From the NCBI GenBank assembly GCA_002507425.1, contig DAZU01000114.1, positions 701-44,478 of the forward strand: 43,778 nucleotides of DNA, in the 5' to 3' direction. Below, in pieces: positions 9,426 to 18,332 of this stretch (position 1 is the first letter of the stretch; each line of letters begins with the position of its first letter). Source of the DNA: Euryarchaeota archaeon UBA53 (GTDB taxonomy: Archaea > Thermoplasmatota > Poseidoniia > Poseidoniales > Poseidoniaceae). Position numbers and translations under genes: made by a program. A model generated the notes under the pieces. It made no database searches and was not told where the DNA came from. It was given only the letters and a program-made list of their open reading frames with translations.

Positions 9426-10853
9426 CTAATCTAGTAATTCGGCCTCGAGAATGGAATTGTCGAGAATTTCTAGAGGCTTTTCTTCTCTAGACCACCAAAA
9501 CGCAAATGCTAGTGCTGATAATGGGATTGCGCCTACCTGCATTGCCCAAATCAGGTTAGTCAGGGATGAACTGGTAGTGTAAGATTTCAATTTCGCTATG
9601 TCGATTGTCTCGTTTACCCATTGTGAGGAGTGAACTACACGCTTCTGGTATGATAATCTCCACTCTCCGCCGTCAAATTCAAATCCATTGCTAGTCAATG
9701 ATTTACTACTTGATGCATTTGAGGTGAAGTTTTCTGATTCCCAAAGCACCTTATCATTATCGATATATTGCAATGTCGCATTTCTAGTACTAGCCCGGCC
9801 CATATTATTGACTGTGAAAGTTACCTCATCGTCATCGATTGATAACGATTCCAAGACTAAGCGCGCTCTCCAGTAGTAAATATTGTTGATGAGGTATCTC
9901 ATCACATCAAGTTCTTCGCCCAATCTCTCGTTGACATCTTCAAACGTGAATAACAGGAATTGATCATCATCTGTCTCAAATGTGAAGGTTGGGAACCCCA
10001 TTACTCCATAACCATAGTCTCGACTTGTTCCACAGTTGGGGTAAAGTCCTTGATTGGCATTCTGAATTGGTATATCTGAGATGTTGCCATTTACATCTTC
10101 TCTTATTCCATGAAACAATTCCCAATCTGAGGGTTGGTCTGGCCATTTACCCCAGGGATACAGCATAATCCACACGCCTGTGTGCATGGTGATATACAAG
10201 TCAGCATCTTGGACATGTGAATTCATGTAGTCTGCGTTAGCTCTAGTCTCAGGTTCACTAAATGGGCCAGAGCCTGGAGCGAAGGGGTCACTTGGAGAAC
10301 AATCATCCCAAAAGTGATCATAATTCCGGTTAAGGTCTATACCCGTTGGCACGGGTTCGCTAACCAGTGGGTTTGCTGCGGTTGTAAGATTTAGATTATG
10401 TCGTGTATCAGCATCATTACCGTCTGGGTTGAGCATTATCAATATGTGGAGTTCTGTATTCTGTAAGACATCTACTGCCTCTTGGTTACCTGCGTTCCAC
10501 TCATTGATATACCATTTTGCCGTGAGCCATGCAAGAGCAGTACCAAGGTATTCGTTTCCATGATGCCCCCCATCTATGTAGATTATTTCCTTTGCATCGC
10601 CGTTGATCTTTGTTTCGTTTGACCAATCAGATAAAACAAGCATCCACAATTCTCTACCAAGATATGACTTGCCGATGCTTGATAATTCAACAATATCTGG
10701 ATTATCATCTGACCAATCTTTCAATTCTTGGGTAAGTGCAAGGTAGCTCATGAAAATATGATTGTCCACCGGCTCTCCTGGCCAATTTTGTTCCGCTACA
10801 ACTAAAGTTGGTGCTACGATGAGCGTTGCAAGAATTATTGCTACCACGCGCAT
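9426..10853 (-). CDS. Surface-tethered M14-family zinc carboxypeptidase (signal peptide plus C-terminal TM anchor)
   Basis: HxxE zinc motif in IDGGHHGNEYLG, DLNRNYDHFW, second His region ITMHTG and catalytic-Glu context FTFETDD. N-terminal MRVVAIILATLIVAPTLVVAEQ looks like a signal peptide, and the C-terminal hydrophobic helix is VGAIPLSALAFAFWW. The track start TTG 10925 is less likely than ATG 10853. Confidence 0.8.
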   Translation of the reverse strand: MRVVAIILATLIVAPTLVVAEQNWPGEPVDNHIFMSYLALTQELKDWSDDNPDIVELSSIGKSYLGRELWMLVLSDWSNETKINGDAKEIIYIDGGHHGNEYLGTALAWLTAKWYINEWNAGNQEAVDVLQNTELHILIMLNPDGNDADTRHNLNLTTAANPLVSEPVPTGIDLNRNYDHFWDDCSPSDPFAPGSGPFSEPETRANADYMNSHVQDADLYITMHTGVWIMLYPWGKWPDQPSDWELFHGIREDVNGNISDIPIQNANQGLYPNCGTSRDYGYGVMGFPTFTFETDDDQFLLFTFEDVNERLGEELDVMRYLINNIYYWRARLVLESLSIDDDEVTFTVNNMGRASTRNATLQYIDNDKVLWESENFTSNASSSKSLTSNGFEFDGGEWRLSYQKRVVHSSQWVNETIDIAKLKSYTTSSSLTNLIWAMQVGAIPLSALAFAFWWSREEKPLEILDNSILEAELLD

Positions 10854-10973
10854 GACATACCCAGCAAATAATCTATCATCAATCTGACTGTTATTTTTTG
10901 TCACATCATCAGTGATTTTTTGCAATATCGAATTAAATAATTCAATTGTAAAATCAATATCGCAATTGAAATA

Positions 10974-12269
10974 TTAGCCCTGTATGTAGCTGAACAAAAT
11001 AGGGACGACGATTGTGGCATCAGACTCAATGATGTGCATCGGAGTGCTTGGGGCTAATTTACCCCAAGTAATCTTCTCACTAGGAGAAGCTCCCGAGTAT
11101 CCACCATATGACATAGTAGATTCTGAAATTTGGGCAAACCATGCCCACATCGGAGCATCATGCTGTAAATCCTGACGTAGCATCGGGACCACACAAATAG
11201 GGAAATCACCAGCAATACCTCCACCGATTTGTAAGAATCCTATGGGACTATCTAAATTCTTATACCAATTTGCTAAATGAATCATGTAGTCTATACCTGT
11301 CTTAATTGCGGATCTTTCTACGTTACCGTTTATGCAATGTGCTGCAAATATATTTCCTAATGTCGAGTCCTCCCATCCGGGGACGTATATTGGAATACCT
11401 GCATCTTTTGCTGCGATTAACCAAGAATCTGTTCGAGGTATGTCCGCATCAAGATGATCTAGTATTGCCATTAGATGTTCGTGAGGAAAAGCAGGTTTGC
11501 TATTCCATTCATCAAGTATCTTGTCTTCAATATGGCGAATTGCTTCTTTTTCAGGAATACAAGTATCTGTTACCCTATTGAACCCTTTTCTGTGCAACTC
11601 CGCTTCATCCTCTAGAGTTAAACTACGCCATGTCTGGATTTTCTTATATTTCGAATGGGCTACAAGATTGAAGACGTCCTCTTCTAAATTTGCACCCGTG
11701 CAAGTAATAGCATGAACTTTTCCAGATCGGATAAGTGGTGCGAGTGAGCGCCCGATTTCTGCTGTACTCATTGCTCCAGCTAGTGTCAACATCAATTTAC
11801 CACCTGATTTTAGAAACTCATCTAAAGATTCTGCGCAGCTACGAAGCGCACCAGCATTAAAATGTTGAAAATGCCTTTTTACAAATTCTCGCATACCCTC
11901 CGTGTCTGACTCTGATACGAATCGTCCAACTTTATTACGGCGATTTATTTTCATGATTGGATACTTTTCTCGAAGGCCTTCTTCAATTACCTCGATTATT
12001 GATTCTGGATCTGTGTCTCCACAGGAGAATGCATCTATTGCTAACATCCCCGACTCTGAATAACAATGAGCAGTGACATGGCTTTCGTCGAGCAGAATCA
12101 CTGATGCAAAACCTGGAGGTGATTGTGTTCCATCAAATTCCTCAATATGTGAATGTACCCTGCGAGCTCCCGACTTATCTACTGCTGCCTCCATCAAGGA
12201 AAGTATCCAGGAACCATCAACTCCAACAACACCAGTACAATCTAACATGACATGAGCACCCTGCGTCAA
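10974..12269 (-). CDS. Fusion protein: SpeH-like pyruvoyl-dependent decarboxylase domain (aa 1-~115) plus deoxyhypusine synthase (aa ~125-431)
   Basis: The N-domain carries QGAHVMLDC, VILLDESHVTAHCY (Glu62/Ser63 self-cleavage context) and AIDAFSCGDTDP, as in small AdoMetDC/SpeH proenzymes. The C-domain carries LAGAMSTAEIG, ITCTGANLEEDV and the catalytic-lysine motif EKITWGK of DHS. It is a single uninterrupted frame. The start is TTG 12269 (keeps the conserved G-x-H) or ATG 12248. Confidence 0.85.
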   Translation of the reverse strand: MTQGAHVMLDCTGVVGVDGSWILSLMEAAVDKSGARRVHSHIEEFDGTQSPPGFASVILLDESHVTAHCYSESGMLAIDAFSCGDTDPESIIEVIEEGLREKYPIMKINRRNKVGRFVSESDTEGMREFVKRHFQHFNAGALRSCAESLDEFLKSGGKLMLTLAGAMSTAEIGRSLAPLIRSGKVHAITCTGANLEEDVFNLVAHSKYKKIQTWRSLTLEDEAELHRKGFNRVTDTCIPEKEAIRHIEDKILDEWNSKPAFPHEHLMAILDHLDADIPRTDSWLIAAKDAGIPIYVPGWEDSTLGNIFAAHCINGNVERSAIKTGIDYMIHLANWYKNLDSPIGFLQIGGGIAGDFPICVVPMLRQDLQHDAPMWAWFAQISESTMSYGGYSGASPSEKITWGKLAPSTPMHIIESDATIVVPILFSYIQG

Positions 12270-12273
12270 ATTT

Positions 12274-13164
12274 TCACCTACCTTTTGCTATGTGGGCTGC
12301 AACTACCTTTGTTGCAATCATTGCAGCCGTAAATTGTGTAAGTGGACTTCCTGCTTGTGGCACGATTTCATTGATATCTGCGCTAATAACGTTGCAATTA
12401 GCAAAAGCATGTTCAATTGTTTCAATTACATGCCAATAAGACAATCCACCAGGAACTGGGGTTCCAGTTGCTGGAACCAGAGAGCCATCTAGTCCGTCAA
12501 TGTCAATTGTTAAGTGAATAGGGCCTTCTATATTCTCAATCGAGGATAACCATTCTGACCAAACATCACTACCCTTGATTGGATGGAATATATCCTTTGC
12601 AAAAGTAGAATGAATTCTTTTATCCGTTTTCATAGTCTGCAATTCGCCAAAGCTGTATGCCCTAATTCCGACTTGGTGAACCCCTAATGCACCGGCATCT
12701 AATGCACGTGAAATGGCGCATGCATGAGAATATGGATCACCATCTAGTTCTTGCCTTAAGTCAGCGTGTGCATCTATTTGGATGAGTGTTACTTTATGCG
12801 GACATCCTCGCAATATTGCTGGTAGCATCCCATGTTCCCCTCCCAAGAAAATTGGGAATGCTCCGCTATCATATTGGCTTTTGGAATATTTTGATATTCC
12901 ATCAAGTTGTTCATTGAGCGTTGCTCCTTTTCCATCCCATGCCTCAACAGTTCGAATTATCTTTCCTGCCGGTAATTCTTCATCTAAGAGGTCATCATAT
13001 AATTCAACTTGAAGAGATGCCGCAATACACTCCTGTGGACCATTGACTGTTCCTTGGCCGTAAGATGTTGTAAGCTCATAGGGGACTTGAGCGATAACGA
13101 TATCTGGGTCTCCTTTCACATCTGGGAGGCCAAGGAAATTTGGCCCCGGAGTAACCTCACCCAT
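12274..13164 (-). CDS. speB: Agmatinase-family ureohydrolase (arginase fold)
   Basis: GGEHGM, IQIDAHADLR and LTIDIDGLD are Mn-binding motifs of the arginase/agmatinase family. The stop is 4 nt from the TTG start of the downstream DHS fusion. The track start is TTG 13209 and the first ATG is 13164. Confidence 0.85.
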   Translation of the reverse strand: MGEVTPGPNFLGLPDVKGDPDIVIAQVPYELTTSYGQGTVNGPQECIAASLQVELYDDLLDEELPAGKIIRTVEAWDGKGATLNEQLDGISKYSKSQYDSGAFPIFLGGEHGMLPAILRGCPHKVTLIQIDAHADLRQELDGDPYSHACAISRALDAGALGVHQVGIRAYSFGELQTMKTDKRIHSTFAKDIFHPIKGSDVWSEWLSSIENIEGPIHLTIDIDGLDGSLVPATGTPVPGGLSYWHVIETIEHAFANCNVISADINEIVPQAGSPLTQFTAAMIATKVVAAHIAKGR

Positions 13165-13305
13165 GTTACAATCGGGATTATTTCTACCTTTGAAGTGCTC
13201 GATTGGCAAGTTATGACCGTTGGGTTAATATGGGACGGTGTCTAATATAGATAATACTCATCGGGTAGAATGTCGAGGGACACTCTTTCGAGACGAGGTG
13301 ATTGC

Positions 13306-13728
13306 ATGGGAATGACAATGGCTGAATTAACAGAAGCAATTAGACAGCATATCGATATGGAAATGGACCCTGAAGTAGCTTGTGGAATGGCTGAGCACGC
13401 ATTAGGGTTCTTCGGCTTTTATGACAGAATAATCGATAACGCACTGGAACCAACTGACCGTAACCTGTTTTACATGTTTCAAGATTATGACTTATTGACT
13501 ACCGAGTCAGAAGAAACGACATTATGGGATGGCAGAGAGTGGAGAATTCACTACTGGAGATTCAAACCTGAGTTAAGAGAACGCGTTGAAGCCTACATGA
13601 ACCGAGAAGTCGAGGTCGTCGAGATTGATCCTTTCGGTGATGTATACGGTGACGGAGGAAGTATTTGGATGAGAGAGGGCGATAAGCCTGTTAATCCAAA
13701 CGCATTTACATCCGACCATTGGGGATGA
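13306..13728 (+). CDS. Hypothetical protein, no family recognised
   Basis: A GAGGTGA Shine-Dalgarno-like element precedes the ATG cluster at 13306/13312/13318. The ORF is compositionally like its neighbours. It is divergent from the agmatinase/DHS operon. The track start is 13270. Confidence 0.5.
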   Translation: MGMTMAELTEAIRQHIDMEMDPEVACGMAEHALGFFGFYDRIIDNALEPTDRNLFYMFQDYDLLTTESEETTLWDGREWRIHYWRFKPELRERVEAYMNREVEVVEIDPFGDVYGDGGSIWMREGDKPVNPNAFTSDHWG

Positions 13729-13768
13729 GCAGAGATACACAAGTCTTGAAGAGGAGCAGGCCCTCCTT

Positions 13769-16717
13769 ATGTTCATGAAAGCCAGAGTTACTATACTGGT
13801 TCTACTGTTTCTGGCCTCCACAATTCCGCTATCCAGCGCAAACGAGACCGACAACGTCACAATTACAACTGACTGGACTAATGACCATGCCTACATCATT
13901 TCTGGTAACGTCGACATATCAGAAATATCAGCGACTCACATTCATTCAGGCGAGCCTCTTGATGTGGGTTTAATTTACGACACTACCGAGGAGAACCTGA
14001 AAATTATTCTCAATACAACAATAGCATACGGAGATGAAATTACAATATCTGCCGGAGAGGTTTCCAGAAGTCTGACTGTTGGGTTTTGGGGGCAACCGAT
14101 AGACGACCATGAGGTGACACTAAACTCTCAATGGACTATGGACCAGCAGTGGGAAAACGAGAACGGCAGCCAAAAGTATATTCTGGCTTTCAACGGACAA
14201 GGGTGGCAGCAAAGAATTGGAAGTTCTCTTGAATCATGGGAGATGGGTAATGGAACTTTACTGCTACTTTCAAGCACAGGTGAAGGAATAACCTCGATGG
14301 ATATCAATCTAACCTCTGTCTGGAAAAATGAAACCTCTTTGGATGGCATAATGACTGGGCAGGTTTTCGATGCTAGGGGAAGTGGAATTATTCAACTTGA
14401 CACGAATAACGAAGATGGAGATATCAAAATTCAAGGCGAAATTAGTGATGCTTGGATTAACCGAAGCATGATTGGAGACATTATCGACGAACGTTTCAGA
14501 CTAGAAGCTAACGGCTCTATTTCACTCTCTGCTGAAGATGAAGATAGTTTGATTGACTTAGATGGTGAAGTTGCGGTTTTGCTTATCGAAACCTGGGATT
14601 CTAACGGCACAAGAAAGCTATCACACACTCAATTTGAGGCAACTGCAGACATGACATTACAAGACAATGAGTCTCGAATGGACTTATCATTAGATACCTT
14701 CGAATCGATTGAAAGGTGGGAGGATGGAGTTAGAACTGACCAGTTTAACAAAATGACTGGCCATGGTTCATTTGGATTGTCTGATTCAGATGAAAATACA
14801 AGTGTCCAGATCAACGGAACCGTACATGACTTCCACACTGAATCAGAAGATGGATTAGTTATTGTTGATAACTTGCACGTCGATGGCAGAATAACTGGAG
14901 ATGCACAAGGCACGTTTGGAGTAGTTAGAGGGATTGAACAGGAAGCTAGGCAAGCAAACAAGACAGGGGTTATGTATGACGTAGTGATTGTTCACCAAGA
15001 GGAATGGTTCAACATTACTGGGATATCTGCGCTTCCAAATTCCAATCTAGGAGCTGGTGCACATCATAATGAGTCTTGGTCTTATGATGCAAAACAAACT
15101 CATTGGGAGAACCGAACGATTCGAACAGTTTGGGAACAGACAGGTCCTGATCCAAGTAGTGGCGACATAATTTACGAAAACTCCCCGATACAATCACAAC
15201 CAGAACCCCCAACAGTTGAAAATGCAATCGGAGATGTTACTGTTAGCAGAGAGACTGGGTTTTCTCCTGTTAGCTCAGTACCTGGAGATGTTTTTACATT
15301 AAATCAGCAGGATGGAATGGAACTGACTGTAACCACAGGGGGTTACATGACAGTACAAATCGATGGGCATCTTGTGGATACTGTTTCTTGGACAGGAAAC
15401 TATTCCGGAGGAGTATTTGGAAATGCATCTGGTAACCTGATCATTGATGGGCCGTTATCTGGATTAAACGTAGAGATAAATCGTGATTTCCAAATAGAAT
15501 TCGGAGATGAAGGAGAACTCGTATTCCTAAGCGAGAATCAATCTGTAAACAGAGTCTTGTCTCCTTCCATTATTTCTGTATATGACAATAGTGAACCCGT
15601 TATTGAGTCTATCTCTCTTGCCCAGGGTGTAGTTACAGGAGAAGGAGGCGCTCCTGGGTATCTAGAGGTCAAAGTCTCGGACATTGATTATAATGTTGAA
15701 AGAGTAATTGTAGATGCGAGTTCAATAGGAATTAACCAGACCATTGCACTAAATGATAGAGGATTAAATGGCGACCTTGTGATTGGAGACGATGTTTGGA
15801 CTACTGAAATACACGTTATGGGGATAGAATTTGGAGAGTTGCCATTAAACATTACAGCAATAGATGCATTTGATGAATCAAGCAATCGATCTGCGAATAT
15901 TACAGTCCTAAACCAAGCTCCTAGATTGACATATTTTGAAGCTGTTCCAACAATTCTTTCCAGAGGAGAAGTTATGATAGTAAATGCAGAAGTCATAGAC
16001 GGCCATGGCGTGAACTCTGTATCCGTGGATTTCAGAGACTTTGGAGGGAACATGACCGATTTGAACAGGGTTGGAGACATCTGGATAGGACAGGTTGAGA
16101 TTCCAAACGGAATGAGTCCTGGAAAGCACATTTTCAAAATGCGAATGGTAGATAACGAAGGATCTGCGATTACTGTGGAAAAGGTCAGCAGTTCTGGACA
16201 ACATCACCTACCATTGAGCAGTGACCAAGAACTAGAAGTTACGGTAATGAATGAGGCGCCAATCATAAATGTAGGTGAAACTAGGATAATTGAGGTTGGC
16301 GATGATCAGGTAGAATACACTCTTACAGTAGAAGTATTAGATCCAGATGGCCTCTTTTGGGTTAAGACCAATTTAGACTCTCTAGCGCCCCCTGGAGAGT
16401 CAAATTCATGGCTGTCAATGTCATCAAATGGAAATGGAACTTATTCTATACAGCTTACTGTAAAGACCTACATCGCTTTAGGAACATATGAAGTTAGAAT
16501 TAAAGCAATGGATTCATATGGAACTCAAACTGGAGAGGAATCATTGTCCATCACACTGAAATCTCCTAGCAATGATAATGTTGACGTAAGTGAGTCTGGG
16601 ATGGTGACCATCATTGCCGGAATCGGCTTGGGACTATTATTAATCGTTGGAGGCATTTTGTATGTAATGAGAGGTTCTGACGAGGAAGGTGGCCTTGGCG
16701 GCTTTGGTAACATTTGA
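13769..16717 (+). CDS. Large secreted surface (glyco)protein with C-terminal TM anchor and three tandem Ig-like modules
   Basis: Signal-like N-terminus MFMKARVTILVLLFLASTIPLSSANE. More than 25 N-x-S/T sequons. Three ~100-aa modules lie near the C-terminus (VKVSDIDYNVERVIVDASS / NAEVIDGHGVNSVSVDF / LTVEVLDPDGLFWV). TM helix VTIIAGIGLGLLLIVGGILYV, then a short tail. Confidence 0.8.
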   Translation: MFMKARVTILVLLFLASTIPLSSANETDNVTITTDWTNDHAYIISGNVDISEISATHIHSGEPLDVGLIYDTTEENLKIILNTTIAYGDEITISAGEVSRSLTVGFWGQPIDDHEVTLNSQWTMDQQWENENGSQKYILAFNGQGWQQRIGSSLESWEMGNGTLLLLSSTGEGITSMDINLTSVWKNETSLDGIMTGQVFDARGSGIIQLDTNNEDGDIKIQGEISDAWINRSMIGDIIDERFRLEANGSISLSAEDEDSLIDLDGEVAVLLIETWDSNGTRKLSHTQFEATADMTLQDNESRMDLSLDTFESIERWEDGVRTDQFNKMTGHGSFGLSDSDENTSVQINGTVHDFHTESEDGLVIVDNLHVDGRITGDAQGTFGVVRGIEQEARQANKTGVMYDVVIVHQEEWFNITGISALPNSNLGAGAHHNESWSYDAKQTHWENRTIRTVWEQTGPDPSSGDIIYENSPIQSQPEPPTVENAIGDVTVSRETGFSPVSSVPGDVFTLNQQDGMELTVTTGGYMTVQIDGHLVDTVSWTGNYSGGVFGNASGNLIIDGPLSGLNVEINRDFQIEFGDEGELVFLSENQSVNRVLSPSIISVYDNSEPVIESISLAQGVVTGEGGAPGYLEVKVSDIDYNVERVIVDASSIGINQTIALNDRGLNGDLVIGDDVWTTEIHVMGIEFGELPLNITAIDAFDESSNRSANITVLNQAPRLTYFEAVPTILSRGEVMIVNAEVIDGHGVNSVSVDFRDFGGNMTDLNRVGDIWIGQVEIPNGMSPGKHIFKMRMVDNEGSAITVEKVSSSGQHHLPLSSDQELEVTVMNEAPIINVGETRIIEVGDDQVEYTLTVEVLDPDGLFWVKTNLDSLAPPGESNSWLSMSSNGNGTYSIQLTVKTYIALGTYEVRIKAMDSYGTQTGEESLSITLKSPSNDNVDVSESGMVTIIAGIGLGLLLIVGGILYVMRGSDEEGGLGGFGNI

Positions 16718-16776
16718 GATAATCGAGTAATTGCCGACAAGCGTTTATACCCCCTTCCAATCCGATGGTCTACTTA

Positions 16777-16848
16777 GCGAGAGTAGTGTAGTGGTTATCA
16801 CCGAGCGTTGCCAACGCTTGAACCCGGGTTCGAGTCCCGGCTCTCGCA
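16777..16848 (+). tRNA. tRNA-Gly (GCC)
   Basis: Hand-folded cloverleaf: acceptor GCGAGAG/CTCTCGC, anticodon stem GAGCG/CGCTT with loop TTGCCAA, T-arm CCGGG-TTCGAGT-CCCGG. 72 nt, with genomically encoded CCA at 16849-16851. Confidence 0.9.
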
Positions 16849-16866
16849 CCACGTTAACCAACAGAT

Positions 16867-17340
16867 TCATTTTCGCAACATCATCACAACGTGTTTTTTA
16901 CCACTCTTTAATTCTCCAACCCTTGCAAAACCATGTCTTTCGTGGAATCTAATTGAGCCTGGGTTTGGAGGTTGTAAATTAACTTCTGCCGTTATAGGAA
17001 TCGACTTGTTGTTGGCTATTCTAATTATTTCTGAATACAACTTGGATCCAATTTCTCGGTTCTGATATTCCTTCGCAACAGCAATTCTATCCACATACAA
17101 AAAATTAGTATATTTTTCATTAAACCATCGATAATTTGGACTTCCATAGCGAGTTTCAGGAGGCAGACAGATAACAAATCCGATTAATTTTCCTTCAACA
17201 AATGCTCCAAGGGAAATCTGCGAAAATCCTAACAGTTGCTCGATTTCTTTCACACTCACTATCCCCGTTCCCGGTAAGCCGTCTTGATTAATTTCCCAAA
17301 TTGCAGTAGAATCCAAAATTTTGAGATGTTTTATATCCAT
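16867..17340 (-). CDS. GNAT-family N-acetyltransferase
   Basis: Acetyl-CoA motif A context VDRIAVAKEYQNREIGSKLY. SPNYRWF and FHERHGF segments are typical of a small GNAT subfamily. 157 aa, with its start 2 nt after the stop of the upstream gene. Confidence 0.8.
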   Translation of the reverse strand: MDIKHLKILDSTAIWEINQDGLPGTGIVSVKEIEQLLGFSQISLGAFVEGKLIGFVICLPPETRYGSPNYRWFNEKYTNFLYVDRIAVAKEYQNREIGSKLYSEIIRIANNKSIPITAEVNLQPPNPGSIRFHERHGFARVGELKSGKKHVVMMLRK

Positions 17341-17342
17341 AA

Positions 17343-18029
17343 CTAAGCCCTACCTGTTGTGATGACATCTGCTATCAGTGTCATCAACATTGTTCGCATT
17401 TGAACCATTGGCCTCCATCCATCTCCAGTCAATTCAATTAGAGTATCGTGCAGTTTGGTTAGATCTGGTCGTTGATTCCCAACACTTGATATCGGTTTAG
17501 GTCCCATTCCTGCAATTTCATGTCCAAAAAGAGTCTCGGCAGTAAATTCTCCAGACTGCCCTTGATTCGTTCTCTGCCACAACATATCAAATTCTGCCTT
17601 GGAATCCTGTGACGACCATTCTCGTCTTCCGCACATTTCTACCGAATTTAATTTGATTCCTGCTTTTGCTATGTGGGCAATTGCATGAGCTGCATCCAAA
17701 ACACTTACCCAGAATCTAGGCCTACCTACGTATTCTTGGCCCGCCAGCCAGTGTTCAATTTCCGGCGCTAACCACCTATCAATTCGGGTTGGGATTAAGT
17801 CATGTACAATTATATCTTTGCCGACAACAATATCTGCTTCTGTACTATCAAATGATAATGAGAAACCATCTCCCTCTGTAAAAATTTTAGATTTGGTATA
17901 TTTTAACACAGAATGGTTTCTAACCACGTGGCTTCTCTCAACCGCAATCACGTCTACATCAAGGGAAAGCAGTTTGTCTATGACTGCTTCTCCTAACGAA
18001 CAAGTAGCTCCAATCACTTTTATCGCCAT
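17343..18029 (-). CDS. Rossmann-fold NAD(P)-binding protein (atypical SDR/NmrA-like)
   Basis: N-terminal KVIGATCSLGEAVIDKL resembles the GxxGxxG dinucleotide-binding motif. No catalytic motif recognised. Tightly coupled to the GNAT gene. Confidence 0.45.
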   Translation of the reverse strand: MAIKVIGATCSLGEAVIDKLLSLDVDVIAVERSHVVRNHSVLKYTKSKIFTEGDGFSLSFDSTEADIVVGKDIIVHDLIPTRIDRWLAPEIEHWLAGQEYVGRPRFWVSVLDAAHAIAHIAKAGIKLNSVEMCGRREWSSQDSKAEFDMLWQRTNQGQSGEFTAETLFGHEIAGMGPKPISSVGNQRPDLTKLHDTLIELTGDGWRPMVQMRTMLMTLIADVITTGRA

Positions 18030-18332
18030 CGATTAGTGCTAAAAGTATTGTCTAAAAGAATTTATGATTCGTAAAAGTTTCAATTGCGTTTTTGAATTTT
18101 CTATTGATATTTTTACATTGTTTATCGACATATTCAAATTTTATGCGACATCAATTACGAATGTATTTTTATAATGACGATAAAAATCGAAATTATTCTA
18201 TTTTTCCAATTGGCCTAGAATATATTATGCGTCAAACTCAATTGGAAAAGTGTTATTTTTTTCAGTCAAGTATAATAGTCGTCACTGTTGAGGCCCTATT
18301 AACCAAAGACAAATGGTCAAGGAGATGGGAAG

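Noticed and set aside
16731-17065. Two plus-strand ORFs (73 and 85 aa) spanning tRNA-Gly and the GNAT gene
   Set aside because: They run through a tRNA gene and antisense to a GNAT gene with a clear acetyl-CoA motif.
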